Virus record (IMG/VR): IMGVR_UViG_3300027896_005002
Coordinates: 123,488 to 187,487 of that record
DNA: 64,000 nucleotides
From: a virus
Strand: one strand, 5' to 3'
Shown here: one piece after another, positions 45,273-55,523 of the stretch
How positions within the stretch are numbered: position 1 is the stretch's first letter
Layout of the letters: the number at the start of each line of letters is the position of its first letter
Program-made: the position numbers and the translations under genes
The notes under the pieces: model-generated
Databases searched by the model: none
Told to the model about the DNA's origin: nothing
What the model saw: only the letters and a program-made list of their open reading frames with translations

Positions 45273-45438
45273 CTTTTATAAGTGTTTTTTCAATGCATAC
45301 ATGTGAAATTGTAGCTTCAGGCATACTTGTTTCAAATTGTTTTTGAAATGATGCATACAAATCGTCTGCTGCATTGTCGTTAGCTTTGTTCACTGGAACA
45401 TTGTAAGATAAAATAATTGTTATTCGTCTATTTGACAT
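45241..45438 (-). CDS. hypothetical protein
   Basis: 65 aa. Confidence 0.25.
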   Translation of the reverse strand: MSNRRITIILSYNVPVNKANDNAADDLYASFQKQFETSMPEATISHVCIEKTLIKDEEKNSGLIS

Positions 45439-45439
45439 A

Positions 45440-45868
45440 TTAAAGCTCCTTATTTAATAATTGAACAATATTAATTGCCTGTGTTGCACCTTCAATAGTG
45501 CAAATGTCCTCTTCTATTGATACATTTTCACAATCATAAATAGTGCCAACCAATCCAAATTCTCTCATTATCATTTCGACCGCAGGAATACTGGGCAACA
45601 ATTGTTTGCCATCTTTAGGTGATACTGAAATTGATATGTGTCTACACCATCCACAAGGTTGTTCTTCTATTGAGTAAGCTATTCGAAAACCATCAACAAG
45701 ATAACAAACAGAATTTGTGTCATTACCAACAGCATTTGAGTCATCAATAATCACTCGGGTTAAGTCAGCTATTAATTTATGTTGTTCAGCATAATCAATA
45801 ACTTTTTTAATTTCAGTTTTTGCTTCTTCATCAATAATTAATACTCTCATATATCTTCCGTAAAACAA
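45440..45868 (-). CDS. hypothetical protein
   Basis: 142 aa. Confidence 0.3.
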   Translation of the reverse strand: MFYGRYMRVLIIDEEAKTEIKKVIDYAEQHKLIADLTRVIIDDSNAVGNDTNSVCYLVDGFRIAYSIEEQPCGWCRHISISVSPKDGKQLLPSIPAVEMIMREFGLVGTIYDCENVSIEEDICTIEGATQAINIVQLLNKEL

Positions 45869-46266
45869 CTTTTATCTGATTTACCATCAACACAATCACC
45901 ATTCCTGCCAAAAGCACAATTTATACAAGACCTATTTGACTTCATTTCTTGTCGTTTAACCCAAAAGAATTGTCGTTTAAGAATTAATGCCATAATGCGA
46001 CAAAAAACATTTTCTTCATAAAATTCACAGTTATTTTTTTCATTCAAAACTATAGGATCATCAACAATAATATTTCTTCTTCTAATTTTTTGTATTGGTT
46101 CTAATTGTTCATATTCATGTTCCTCCATGTTTACTAAACAAATATGCATATTATGCTGAAGTTTAAATTTTCGGTTATTTCGATAAGTAATAGAAGTATA
46201 ATGACCGACATTACTTTCATCTGATAAAAAAATGCAATGCTCACAAAATTTATCTGACATCTTCAA
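45847..46266 (-). CDS. Cys-rich hypothetical protein
   Basis: 139 aa. Confidence 0.3.
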   Translation of the reverse strand: MKMSDKFCEHCIFLSDESNVGHYTSITYRNNRKFKLQHNMHICLVNMEEHEYEQLEPIQKIRRRNIIVDDPIVLNEKNNCEFYEENVFCRIMALILKRQFFWVKRQEMKSNRSCINCAFGRNGDCVDGKSDKSCFTEDI

Positions 46267-46483
46267 TTCCTATATGATTTATATTGTAAATTCTAAATTC
46301 TACAATTACTGTATTAATTAAAATTAAAACAAAAGCAAATTGTGGATTGTGCTCTTCTTTAAACCAATCACCACTAATCTCAATAGTAAACAATGAAAGA
46401 CCATCAGAAAACTTTCTAACAAAATGAAAGAAATTTACTTCCCAGGCATAATTTTTTGATAATCTTGTTGATAGATAAATCAT
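46250..46483 (-). CDS. hypothetical protein
   Basis: 77 aa. Confidence 0.25.
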   Translation of the reverse strand: MIYLSTRLSKNYAWEVNFFHFVRKFSDGLSLFTIEISGDWFKEEHNPQFAFVLILINTVIVEFRIYNINHIGIEDVR

Positions 46484-46489
46484 TTAAGT

Positions 46490-47089
46490 TTAAGTTCTCC
46501 TATATAAATTAGGATGATGCTTTATCATATCATCAATAGTTGCAGTTTTTTCTGTCCATTTATTCTTACCACATACGCAATCTGCATTTATTGAATCAAT
46601 TGGCATAACTAATTCATTTCCACAACTGCAAATAATAACTTTAAAATTTCCTGGTGAACAAGGACCATCATGTATTCCACAACATGTCGGACAATGCTGT
46701 TTTGATTCTTTTAGAATCCTAATATCTTTGTTGAGTGTTGAAGCATAAACTATAGTTAAGGCACCAATTTTATTTGTTTGTAACGGCATTGTCATAATTA
46801 ATAAAGTTGATTTATCAATAATATCATAATTTCGTGCCAACGAATCTTTTGGATGATGTGTCACATGACTATTAATAAATATTCTATCTTCATAAAGATT
46901 ATCAGGATGAGAACATATTGAAAAACCAAATTTCCTGGCTATTTCGCATGCAGGTATATCAAATCCATGGTCACAATGAAGAAAACTTCTTCGCTGATCA
47001 TTATATTGTTTCAATATTTTTGACAATTGCTCTAATTGTAGATTAGATAATTCCTCAAAAATAAGTAAACCAATAATAGTACTCTTCAT
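46490..47089 (-). CDS. Cys/His-rich hypothetical protein
   Basis: 199 aa. Confidence 0.3.
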   Translation of the reverse strand: MKSTIIGLLIFEELSNLQLEQLSKILKQYNDQRRSFLHCDHGFDIPACEIARKFGFSICSHPDNLYEDRIFINSHVTHHPKDSLARNYDIIDKSTLLIMTMPLQTNKIGALTIVYASTLNKDIRILKESKQHCPTCCGIHDGPCSPGNFKVIICSCGNELVMPIDSINADCVCGKNKWTEKTATIDDMIKHHPNLYRRT

Positions 47090-47418
47090 ACAGGATGAAT
47101 AACTTCTTTTGCAAAATGATCTACTAAGTGTATGGATCTATTACCTGTCAAACAATAAACTGGTTGACCTATTTTTAATGTATTGGTTTTATCTAAAGTT
47201 ACATTTGTTAAAGTAAACTGTGTCAAAGGATTTTCATAAAAGAAATCACCATCAGGAAAAAAGCATTTAACTTCATGTCCGATAAATTTTAAACATTGTT
47301 GTAAATTAATGTAATTACCATTTTTAAGAATAACAGTACCATCAGGAAACACAACTTTTTGAATCATATTAATTTCGTAATTTTCTGGATATGTGTAATA
47401 TAATTCAATAGGTTTCAT
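47086..47418 (-). CDS. hypothetical protein
   Basis: 110 aa. ATGA-coupled. Confidence 0.3.
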   Translation of the reverse strand: MKPIELYYTYPENYEINMIQKVVFPDGTVILKNGNYINLQQCLKFIGHEVKCFFPDGDFFYENPLTQFTLTNVTLDKTNTLKIGQPVYCLTGNRSIHLVDHFAKEVIHPV

Positions 47419-48028
47419 TGTATATTTTTCTTTTATGATGGATAATATTTACTATATATGAATCTCCCCACAATATTTTTAATACAATCCATTCTTGAAA
47501 AACTTCCCAACATGGTTGACATAAAATCTTATCTGAATCATGACTACAAACACCAAGTTTTCGATCTTGAAATATTTGATGTAACTGTGCTATATCGGCT
47601 TCACAATCACTTGTTAATCCTAATAATGATTGTGTGATTTGTTTTCGCATTATATTGAGATATATTTCACCAAAACTTCTAATTTTTTCAGAATCCATTG
47701 CTTCATTCATTGTTAAAATTTGTCTATTACAAACAACACAATTTTTAGAATTATGAGCCCAATATCGTCTTGCAATACGAGCAGGAGAAAAAGCATATAC
47801 TAAATGAGCAATAAATCGTTTTTTATTTATATATAAATCATTAAAAGGTTGTAATTTTCTTTCGTGGTTTTGTCGTTCATTTCTTAAATTTTCTTCGTTA
47901 TGTTGCCGTTGTAGTTCAACTTGTTGTCGTTCTGATTGCTCTTTTATTTTTTGAAGATTATTTTGTTCATCAATCTTTTTCTGATCAATTACACCGGCTT
48001 TTAATAATGCATCCTTTAAACTATCCAT
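47405..48028 (-). CDS. hypothetical protein (coiled-coil N-terminus)
   Basis: 207 aa. Confidence 0.3.
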   Translation of the reverse strand: MDSLKDALLKAGVIDQKKIDEQNNLQKIKEQSERQQVELQRQHNEENLRNERQNHERKLQPFNDLYINKKRFIAHLVYAFSPARIARRYWAHNSKNCVVCNRQILTMNEAMDSEKIRSFGEIYLNIMRKQITQSLLGLTSDCEADIAQLHQIFQDRKLGVCSHDSDKILCQPCWEVFQEWIVLKILWGDSYIVNIIHHKRKIYNETY

Positions 48029-48232
48029 TTAAGACCTTTGTTTTACTTTACTTATGATATCTTTCTCTATTCGTCTCGTCTCGTTGTTTAATAATCGAAT
48101 TTGATAAACGATGTAAATTATAAGACATGGACTACTATATAATTTGTACCAACCAGGTAAAACATTACAAAGTATTACGCCTATTATAAAGACTGCTATC
48201 ATTATAAAAAATATTATGTGTTCTTTTTTCAT
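48029..48232 (-). CDS. small membrane protein
   Basis: 67 aa with two transmembrane segments. Confidence 0.3.
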   Translation of the reverse strand: MKKEHIIFFIMIAVFIIGVILCNVLPGWYKLYSSPCLIIYIVYQIRLLNNETRRIEKDIISKVKQRS

Positions 48233-48244
48233 TTTTCTTTCCTC

Positions 48245-48454
48245 CTATAAAAAAGGTGATAAAGGCCACGGTGGCAAAGGCAATATTGAATATTGAAAAG
48301 ATCGTCGTAAAGCTTCAACATTTTTATATTGTTGAATTATAAATTCTAAATCTGTAATATATGATCTGTAGACCTTTTCTTTTTCTTTATATAACTCAAT
48401 TTGTTCTTGTAAATTTTTAATTCTATCTAAATCCGTTATATGTTGTTCAATCAT
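48245..48454 (-). CDS. hypothetical protein
   Basis: 69 aa. Confidence 0.25.
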   Translation of the reverse strand: MIEQHITDLDRIKNLQEQIELYKEKEKVYRSYITDLEFIIQQYKNVEALRRSFQYSILPLPPWPLSPFL

Positions 48455-48459
48455 ATGTA

Positions 48460-49419
48460 TTATACCTCATTGACAATAAAGCTAAAATCAGGTACCATAA
48501 AATCATCTTCTTTTTTACTGCCAAACATTCCTACAAGCATTTCATAATTTATATTAAAGTTAAGTTGTTTATATTTCACTACAGAAATGTGAGTGGAATA
48601 GTTTTGAACAAATTTTAATCCTGGTTGCTTTTTAAATAAACTCACAAACCAACCTAATATTTCAATTTGACCGCCAGAACCACAACGTTTTACAGAAAAA
48701 ATTGTTTTCCAAAATTCTTTATTACCAAAATTATCAATTAATGTCGTTAAAACGTGTGATACTGTCGTTGTCCATGAGTCTGAATAAACAATTTTACAAA
48801 GGTTGTTCCATTTATCTAATAAATATTTCCAATCATCAAGTGTTCCTTGTACATCTATCTTTGGAATATTACATGCTAACATTGAATAATTATAATAAGG
48901 ACTGCACATATCACAAAAGGCTGCCTGAAATGCATGTAGACTTTTTGGTGTTCTTGTTGAAAATATTGGAAAGAAATCAGTAGTATTAATTGGTATTCGA
49001 TCTCTTAAAACATCACATAAAGAATCTAATGGCATTAAAACAATATCATCACAATGAATAACAATGTCCTGTTTTTTATCAGTTGTTGAAAATAAATCTT
49101 GAAATTTTTTGGGATTTGCTTTAATTATGAGAGTCATTTCACAAAGAAGAGTATACCAAATAATATCTGGTGTAACAACAACACCTAAATGATCAGCCCA
49201 ACATTTTTCAAGATAATGTAAATAATTTGTATGATAATGTTGAACATCACCTATTGAATCACAACGATATTCTGCTTTATCCGATTGTTTAACTTTTCGA
49301 CTCATTTGCTTTAAAAAATAGTTTTTATAAGGAATAGGCACAGATGCTTGTTTTTTATTGTCCCATTCAGTTGGTGCTGAAGGAATGCCGACTTTTTCTT
49401 CTGAAAGTGTTAAGACCAT
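48460..49419 (-). CDS. hypothetical protein
   Basis: 319 aa. Confidence 0.35.
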   Translation of the reverse strand: MVLTLSEEKVGIPSAPTEWDNKKQASVPIPYKNYFLKQMSRKVKQSDKAEYRCDSIGDVQHYHTNYLHYLEKCWADHLGVVVTPDIIWYTLLCEMTLIIKANPKKFQDLFSTTDKKQDIVIHCDDIVLMPLDSLCDVLRDRIPINTTDFFPIFSTRTPKSLHAFQAAFCDMCSPYYNYSMLACNIPKIDVQGTLDDWKYLLDKWNNLCKIVYSDSWTTTVSHVLTTLIDNFGNKEFWKTIFSVKRCGSGGQIEILGWFVSLFKKQPGLKFVQNYSTHISVVKYKQLNFNINYEMLVGMFGSKKEDDFMVPDFSFIVNEV

Positions 49420-49432
49420 TTTTTCTCCTTAT

Positions 49433-49606
49433 TTTAAAATTATAGCATGAACTTTCCAATTTTCAAAATGATGACCAATTCGTTTAAATGCCGGTGCAAT
49501 AGCTCCACGACTTGTTTTTGCTTCAATACCTTCTATAGCTATATATGACCGTCCTTTACGTATAATTACTGTATATTCTTTATTTTTAAATAATCGTCGC
49601 ATATTT
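49433..49606 (-). CDS. hypothetical small protein (57 aa)
   Basis: MRRLFKNKEYTVIIRKGRSYIAIEG... Under the ORF-track cutoff. Fills a gap. Confidence 0.2.
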
Positions 49607-49736
49607 TTGCAAATTATGCTTTCTTTTTAAAAATTGTTTTCTTGAAAAAATAAGATGCTACAAGAAAAGAACAAACAAGAGGTATGAAAAAATGTGTAAG
49701 AATAAACATTATCATATTAATTCCTTTCAAAAAGGT

Positions 49737-49991
49737 TTAAATTTCTGTAAATGCTTTATCTTCAACTTGTTTGTAATATCGAATAAAATTCATTACGTCA
49801 TGCACAGATGCATCATTACATGATAAATGTTCGCAAGAATGATCATTATCATATATAATTCGCATTGGTTGACCTTGTGGTCCTTTCCACCGTAAAACTT
49901 CCCATTGGCCTACTGGCTTTAATGCTCTATCACTCAGCCAAGTTTTTAAATCTTCTAATTTACTGCGGTGTAAAAGACATCTATTAGCCAT
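49737..49991 (-). CDS. hypothetical protein
   Basis: 84 aa. Confidence 0.3.
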   Translation of the reverse strand: MANRCLLHRSKLEDLKTWLSDRALKPVGQWEVLRWKGPQGQPMRIIYDNDHSCEHLSCNDASVHDVMNFIRYYKQVEDKAFTEI

Positions 49992-50000
49992 AGTTATTCC

Positions 50001-50930
50001 TTATATCTTATATAAATTATTATCTTTAATGTATTGGAAAACATCAGGATGTATTAAATTTGTAGATGATTTTAAACCATCTATAAAATTCATTTGCCAA
50101 TATTCTTTTAAAGAAGTTCGTACATCGGTAGAACTAATTTTCGATAAAGGTTTTTCTGGCACCAATAACATGTGCGGAGGTTTAAGATACCAACCACTTT
50201 TTTTAGCTATTTCTACTCCCGTTCTAGGAATGACTACAAATCTAATCATTCTTTCTAGGTCTTCATAATTTACCCATTTATTAAAAGTATTGGCATTGTC
50301 CATTCCAATTGCCATACTAAAATCTCTTTCATTTTTTGCAAAATCTTCACTAAGAAGTTTTTTGACTAAATGATATGTTTCACCACCAAGTTTATGTTTT
50401 ATTTCAAAATCTGACACTGTTATTCGTCTATCATGTTTTGTTGCAAGTCGACACATGTTTAATCTATGTTCCGGACTTGCCATTCTCTTTCCATAAATAT
50501 GTTTATAGCAAGGCATGATCCAAACATCATCAAATTGTTCACTGAAATCGAGTAAAAATTTTGCAACTTCTACATGGCCAGGTGTTATTGGATCAAAAGC
50601 ACCGCCTAAAATTACTGTGTATAATTTTCTTCCGTATGCATGATATTGATGTTGACGTCTTTTAATTTTATTTAAAGTAGCATTAACTAGTTCTTCAGGG
50701 TTCCAACCATTTTCATGAATGCCAGCCAATAATGTACAAAGAAGATCACCAGATTCTTCTTTAATATTAGCTATTGATGTAAACCGACTTAATTCAAGAG
50801 CTTCTTTAAAAATATCTTCATTTCTTTGCCTCAAAGGTGTTTGTCCAAAAGACTTTTCAAATTGTATACAAATTTTTTTCGATAAGTTTTTAATGTCCAT
50901 TATTAATCTCCTTAAGATTTTCTCCTGCAA
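50001..50930 (-). CDS. nicotinamide/nicotinate mononucleotide adenylyltransferase with N-terminal MazG-like domain
   Basis: GGAFDPITPGH carries the (H/T)xGH motif. ISSTDVR matches the SxTxxR motif. The N-terminal EESGDLLCTLLAGIHENGW is MazG-like. Confidence 0.55.
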   Translation of the reverse strand: MQEKILRRLIMDIKNLSKKICIQFEKSFGQTPLRQRNEDIFKEALELSRFTSIANIKEESGDLLCTLLAGIHENGWNPEELVNATLNKIKRRQHQYHAYGRKLYTVILGGAFDPITPGHVEVAKFLLDFSEQFDDVWIMPCYKHIYGKRMASPEHRLNMCRLATKHDRRITVSDFEIKHKLGGETYHLVKKLLSEDFAKNERDFSMAIGMDNANTFNKWVNYEDLERMIRFVVIPRTGVEIAKKSGWYLKPPHMLLVPEKPLSKISSTDVRTSLKEYWQMNFIDGLKSSTNLIHPDVFQYIKDNNLYKI

Positions 50931-51105
50931 TTCCCATTATGATCACTCCACCAAGTATAAGCCAAATAAAGGCCCAATTATATCTTAAGGCAAAAAGACC
51001 AGTAAGGAATATACAAAACCCTAATGCAAGAAGTGTAAGTTCTGTAGTCTTTGTTGTTTTTATAGTAAATTCTTTCATAAGCTTTCTAAAGGAACTCCTA
51101 ACCAA
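50890..51105 (-). CDS. small membrane protein
   Basis: 71 aa with two transmembrane segments. Confidence 0.3.
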   Translation of the reverse strand: MVRSSFRKLMKEFTIKTTKTTELTLLALGFCIFLTGLFALRYNWAFIWLILGGVIIMGIAGENLKEINNGH

Positions 51106-51291
51106 TTTGCAAAAGCTTGATCATTAGGACAAATCATAAATCATCTTCCCAAGGACCACAAGGAGAAGGCATATGATCATGTGGTTCTTCTTTAAAATCA
51201 TGTCGACCTTTTAGCCAACCAATTACAAGACCAAGGACAAATAAAATTAGTGCTATAGGAGTTACAGAATACCATTGCATAAAATATGTCC

Positions 51292-51618
51292 CTATTTTAC
51301 GTTATCAGGCACATGCCTAATTTCAAAGATATTTATTACTCGATCTAAACTATCGAATCTTACACCTGCTGTATTTTGAAAGCCGTCCCATATTAAATCT
51401 GTTTGTTTATCACTTAATGCAGGAATACTGCCTTCACCATCAGCACCGGGTTTATTTTCTATTTTATAGTCAGATCCCATTATAGAAATAACTTGGTCTT
51501 TTGTCATACCCATTTCAACATGAGCAGCTTTTCTTACATAACTTGGATGATTATCACATGTACTGGCAAGCCAATATAAAACAACACCAATTATTATCCA
51601 TATTAAAGCACTTTTCAT
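51292..51618 (-). CDS. putative lipoprotein/secreted protein
   Basis: Signal peptide with a Cys (LASTC). Confidence 0.3.
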   Translation of the reverse strand: MKSALIWIIIGVVLYWLASTCDNHPSYVRKAAHVEMGMTKDQVISIMGSDYKIENKPGADGEGSIPALSDKQTDLIWDGFQNTAGVRFDSLDRVINIFEIRHVPDNVK

Positions 51619-51809
51619 AATTTCTCCTTTTCTAATTGATTTTTTAAAAATTCAATTGCTTTTTCGGGTGACATTGTAATATAAAAAGATTGTATTGGTA
51701 AACTGGCTACTTTTGGATATGCTATAAAACGTAATTCAACGCTATCAAATATTGGATCAAAATATAATGATTGTGTCATAATTGTCTCAAAAAAATGGAG
51801 TAGTAACAA
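51615..51809 (-). CDS. hypothetical protein
   Basis: 64 aa. ATGA-coupled. Confidence 0.25.
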   Translation of the reverse strand: MLLLHFFETIMTQSLYFDPIFDSVELRFIAYPKVASLPIQSFYITMSPEKAIEFLKNQLEKEKL

Positions 51810-52204
51810 TCTGTTTAAAGGTCCATTCTTCCTTCAACAGATTTTCATTTGCATCATACAGAGATAAAGGAGTATTCAGGATTCTCTGTTTGATCGTATT
51901 ATTACTACTCCAAATTTTTATAAGCATAACTCTACCTATATATATAATCATTACTCCAAATTTTTATAAGCATAACTCTACCTATATATATAATCATTAA
52001 TTATATCATAGATAGAATTATTTTGTTTTTGATTGTTCGGTCGTTCGACGATTGACTTCTTCGTTTTCCATATGTATAGTCCATTGACTATGCATTTTTT
52101 TAAAATCGTCTACGACTTCTTTGCGGATTTGTTCTTTTGTTTTCATATAGCCTTACAATTAAATATAATAACTTTTTAATATTAAAGTTATAAAATAATT
52201 TACA

Positions 52205-52246
52205 AAAAAAAGGCCGTGAGAGAATACCCTTCGCTCACGGCTTTAT
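52205..52246 (-). terminator. rho-independent terminator (bidirectional potential)
   Basis: GCCGTGAG-cgaagggtattct-CTCACGGC with a T8 run on the minus strand and an A8 run on the other side. Confidence 0.55.
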
Positions 52247-52321
52247 TATTCTATTATTTGTATGAATTACAAGATAGAATGATGCTTTCTAATTACTTCG
52301 ACATTTATCATTTAGCATAAT

Positions 52322-52412
52322 GTCCCTGCTCTACCAACTGAGCTATCGACCCTCGTAGTATTCTTTTTTAAAAAAATACTGTGAGGGTCGAACTGGAATT
52401 GAACCAGTGACT
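52322..52412 (-). other. tRNA-like element with halves in permuted order around a palindrome
   Basis: Minus strand reads ACTGG-TTCAATT-CCAGT (T-arm) + TCGACCC (3' acceptor) + T + CAC, then a palindromic spacer AGTATTTTTTTAAAAAAGAATACTAC, then GAGGGTCGA-TA-GCTCAGTTGGTAGAGC (5' acceptor plus a canonical D-arm). No anticodon arm completes it. Confidence 0.3.
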
Positions 52413-52555
52413 GGAATAGTAATGACAAATTCTCCATAATTATTGGCTTTTAGTATTAGTATGGAACGTTCACTCGCATAATTATGAATTAGGACCATCA
52501 CAAGTGTCAAGTGAGCCCTAATAAGTATGAATATAAATATTATGATACGTTCATA

Positions 52556-53317
52556 TTATCCATTAATAAATTGAAAAATATATTTGCCAATATTGAGTGA
52601 ATTATCAACAACAGTATCATTTGCTCTTGCTCTTGCTTTTTTCACGGCTGCAATCAAAATATCAATCCTCGAAAGGATATCACTTTTTTGTGCAGGTGAA
52701 AGTAATCCACTGAAATTTGTTTGTTTCCAATTACCGACAGGAACATCTTCATTAATAAGTTGAACCTGTGGAGGATGTTTGTCAGTTCCTGGATGTAAAG
52801 TAATAGGTTTTGCAATTTTATTTGTTCTGACCCTTGATGTCGGTTCGGTTTTAAATCGACCTTTTCCGGCTTCGGTATCAGGAAGCCATTTCTTTGCTGG
52901 ATCCAATGTCGGAATAACATCATAAATTTGTGTTCTTAAACTTTCCAATTGATTTTCAAGTTGTACTAATGCCTGAACCGGTACATTCTTAATTGTTAAG
53001 TCTTTGCCATCTTCGCCATTAATATTAATATCACCTTTTGCTTTTGTGTTGGCATCTTCTTTTTGTAAAATGATATCAAACAGTCTGGTCATCGATTTTT
53101 CAAAATATGTTAATTTGTCGCCCACTGTTGTAATTGGAGTTGGTAATTCCTGTTCAGGAATATCTTTATCTGAATCTGCAAAGGGTTCATATAACTTCGC
53201 GTGTGTGCTGAATAAGTGTGCCTTTTTTGTAAAAGTTTGATTGGTTTCAGCAATAATTTTACCTGCAGTTCCTCTGACATCTTTTTCTACCGCTACTAGC
53301 TCATGTAATTTTCCCAT
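52556..53317 (-). CDS. hypothetical protein
   Basis: 253 aa. Confidence 0.35.
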   Translation of the reverse strand: MGKLHELVAVEKDVRGTAGKIIAETNQTFTKKAHLFSTHAKLYEPFADSDKDIPEQELPTPITTVGDKLTYFEKSMTRLFDIILQKEDANTKAKGDININGEDGKDLTIKNVPVQALVQLENQLESLRTQIYDVIPTLDPAKKWLPDTEAGKGRFKTEPTSRVRTNKIAKPITLHPGTDKHPPQVQLINEDVPVGNWKQTNFSGLLSPAQKSDILSRIDILIAAVKKARARANDTVVDNSLNIGKYIFQFING

Positions 53318-53613
53318 AAAACACTCCTGTTAAAATTTTGTTTATATATAATTTTCTGTTGTTGTAGTATTATTAACATGCCTTTTTTACTCCTTAATTT
53401 ACGATAGTCAGATCAATGAAAAAATATATAGCAAATAATATATTAAAATAATCATATTGTCAAAGTTTTATTGAAATTCGGGCTAAAATTACATCGAGAA
53501 ATTTAATCGGTTTACCTTATTACTATACAATCATATTTCTTGTGTAAAATTTTTAATAATCTCCTTATAACTTCGCTATTATTAAATAAAAAAAGAAAGG
53601 AAAGGAGGTCACT

Positions 53614-54096
53614 ATGAAAATGTTCTTTTTAATCTTATTAAGCATCTGTTTGTGTTACAGCAAAGAACATTATAGGGACACAACTTACATCCATGCGTTT
53701 AAGTTTATTGATGCTTTGGAAAACCAGAATCAACATAACTATAGAGGCTCTGGGTATTATGAGTACAGCTTTCATCCAATAAGTTTGTTTCCGTTGTTTT
53801 GCTTGCAGGATAAAGTTGTAGACAAGTTTATGTCCCAAAATCCTAAAGATGTAATATATTTAACAGATTTAATAAATTTCTATAGAACTATAGAAAAAAG
53901 TAGTGTGACATTTACACGTTTGTATATTGGTGTCGTGCATTATATACAAATTGGTAGATCATATCCAGTAAAAAAATATTATACATTGTATACGTGCATG
54001 TCAACTGATAACAAATCGTGGTTCATAGATAAAACACCGCTGACGGTGACATTGATTTTGACAGATCGTTTCAAACATTTATATGGGTGTAAATAA
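53614..54096 (+). CDS. secreted hypothetical protein
   Basis: Signal peptide MKMFFLILLSICLCYS. AGGAGG SD. Confidence 0.35.
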   Translation: MKMFFLILLSICLCYSKEHYRDTTYIHAFKFIDALENQNQHNYRGSGYYEYSFHPISLFPLFCLQDKVVDKFMSQNPKDVIYLTDLINFYRTIEKSSVTFTRLYIGVVHYIQIGRSYPVKKYYTLYTCMSTDNKSWFIDKTPLTVTLILTDRFKHLYGCK

Positions 54097-54343
54097 TATG
54101 AAACACATAACATTTGCTCTTATGCTACTTTTATTTTGCGCGCCGTTGAATAAGACTTATGTTAATATTAAAGAAACAATTGATGAACAACTCGCAAAAG
54201 ATAGATATAAAATCTATACTGAAAGTGTAGAATCAGTGAGACCAAAATTATTAAATGACAGTATTGTAAAAGTTGATACAATAAAAAGCGTTACAGGCAG
54301 CAAATTCTATGTTTTAACGGTTAAAATGAAAAGTAAATACTAA
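54083..54343 (+). CDS. secreted small protein
   Basis: Signal peptide MKHITFALMLLLFCAP. Confidence 0.3.
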   Translation: MGVNNMKHITFALMLLLFCAPLNKTYVNIKETIDEQLAKDRYKIYTESVESVRPKLLNDSIVKVDTIKSVTGSKFYVLTVKMKSKY

Positions 54344-54954
54344 AGAGTAAGAGATAATTGTTGGGCATTTCTTGCAGATTTGACGGCTCGCAAAAGTTTT
54401 AATTGATCACTGGCGTCAGCAACCTGGCGCCAGTATTTTTTCACAATCTTTTTAAGAGACACCAATTGCTTAGGTGACATCCATGCTCTTTTGATTTGTT
54501 CATTTTCCGAAATATTTGGTGCAAATTTTTTCACATTGTGCATGTTTCGTAATAATTGTTCTGATAACGATGACAAATACTCTCCATCACAACCAGAAAA
54601 ACCAACTTCATTGTGAACAATTGTCACACCGGCATCTTGCTCAGCGACAGTTTGATGATTAAAAAGTAAAAGTAATGCTTTTTTGGCCCAAAGATCATCT
54701 GATGCGAGTTTGCCACGAACAAATTCTTCGATTTCTTTCTTTTTGATTTCACTTCTGAGTTGAAAAGTTTCTTCACATAAACACATGAATTGATGAGCAT
54801 CGGTGATGTTTAATTCGAAATCATTTGAAGCAAAACTTTTGGTTGTCTCGTCATTGAATTTTGACCTGGGAACAGTTACCACTATTTTGCCATTATTCTG
54901 TACTAAGCCAAAGCTAAGGAATCTCGCTTTTGTTTCTAATTGACTAAAATTCAT
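54340..54954 (-). CDS. hypothetical protein
   Basis: 204 aa. Confidence 0.3.
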   Translation of the reverse strand: MNFSQLETKARFLSFGLVQNNGKIVVTVPRSKFNDETTKSFASNDFELNITDAHQFMCLCEETFQLRSEIKKKEIEEFVRGKLASDDLWAKKALLLLFNHQTVAEQDAGVTIVHNEVGFSGCDGEYLSSLSEQLLRNMHNVKKFAPNISENEQIKRAWMSPKQLVSLKKIVKKYWRQVADASDQLKLLRAVKSARNAQQLSLTL

Positions 54955-55175
54955 ATCAAAACTCCTTGCTGACGTTGTTTTCGTCGAAGACGAAGATCTT
55001 TTTTATGTTGAATTTTTCGTTGTTCATCTAAGACTAAATCGTCGTTAGTTTTGAAACCTTTATTAAATTGACAACTTTCGCATGGTCCTTCTTCGCTACA
55101 CCATTTTGGTTTTGCCAAAATATACATACCAACTTTTTCACATTTATATTCAGGCAACCATCGGCGTTTGCGCAT
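54951..55175 (-). CDS. hypothetical protein
   Basis: 74 aa. ATGA-coupled. Confidence 0.25.
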   Translation of the reverse strand: MRKRRWLPEYKCEKVGMYILAKPKWCSEEGPCESCQFNKGFKTNDDLVLDEQRKIQHKKDLRLRRKQRQQGVLI

Positions 55176-55482
55176 CTTTTACCTCAAATTTTACAAAATT
55201 TTCATATTCGTCTTCAGTCCACTCTCGTTCAATATGTGGTCCTACTAATTTTGCTTGAACAACTTCAACAAATAATTCATGGTTTTCTTGCGTATGCTCA
55301 ATACCATAACGCTCCAAATTTCCCCATAAACCATCAACATAATTCTTTAAACGGATGATATAAACGATTTTGTGATTCGGAATGTCGATTAATGATTTCA
55401 TTACCTTTATTTTTTGCTGGTCTGTCATATAGATATAATCATGTACTTTTGTTAGAATGTGCCATAAAAACGTAGAAAACAT
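55150..55482 (-). CDS. hypothetical protein
   Basis: 110 aa. Confidence 0.3.
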   Translation of the reverse strand: MFSTFLWHILTKVHDYIYMTDQQKIKVMKSLIDIPNHKIVYIIRLKNYVDGLWGNLERYGIEHTQENHELFVEVVQAKLVGPHIEREWTEDEYENFVKFEVKDAQTPMVA

Positions 55483-55523
55483 TTATAATTTGTTTATTTT
55501 TTCACTATTTTAAAGGATATTTT

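Noticed and set aside
52322-52412. Canonical tRNA gene
   Set aside because: The D-arm, T-arm and acceptor strands are present, but the 3' half comes before the 5' half and no anticodon arm can be formed. Reported as a tRNA-like element instead.
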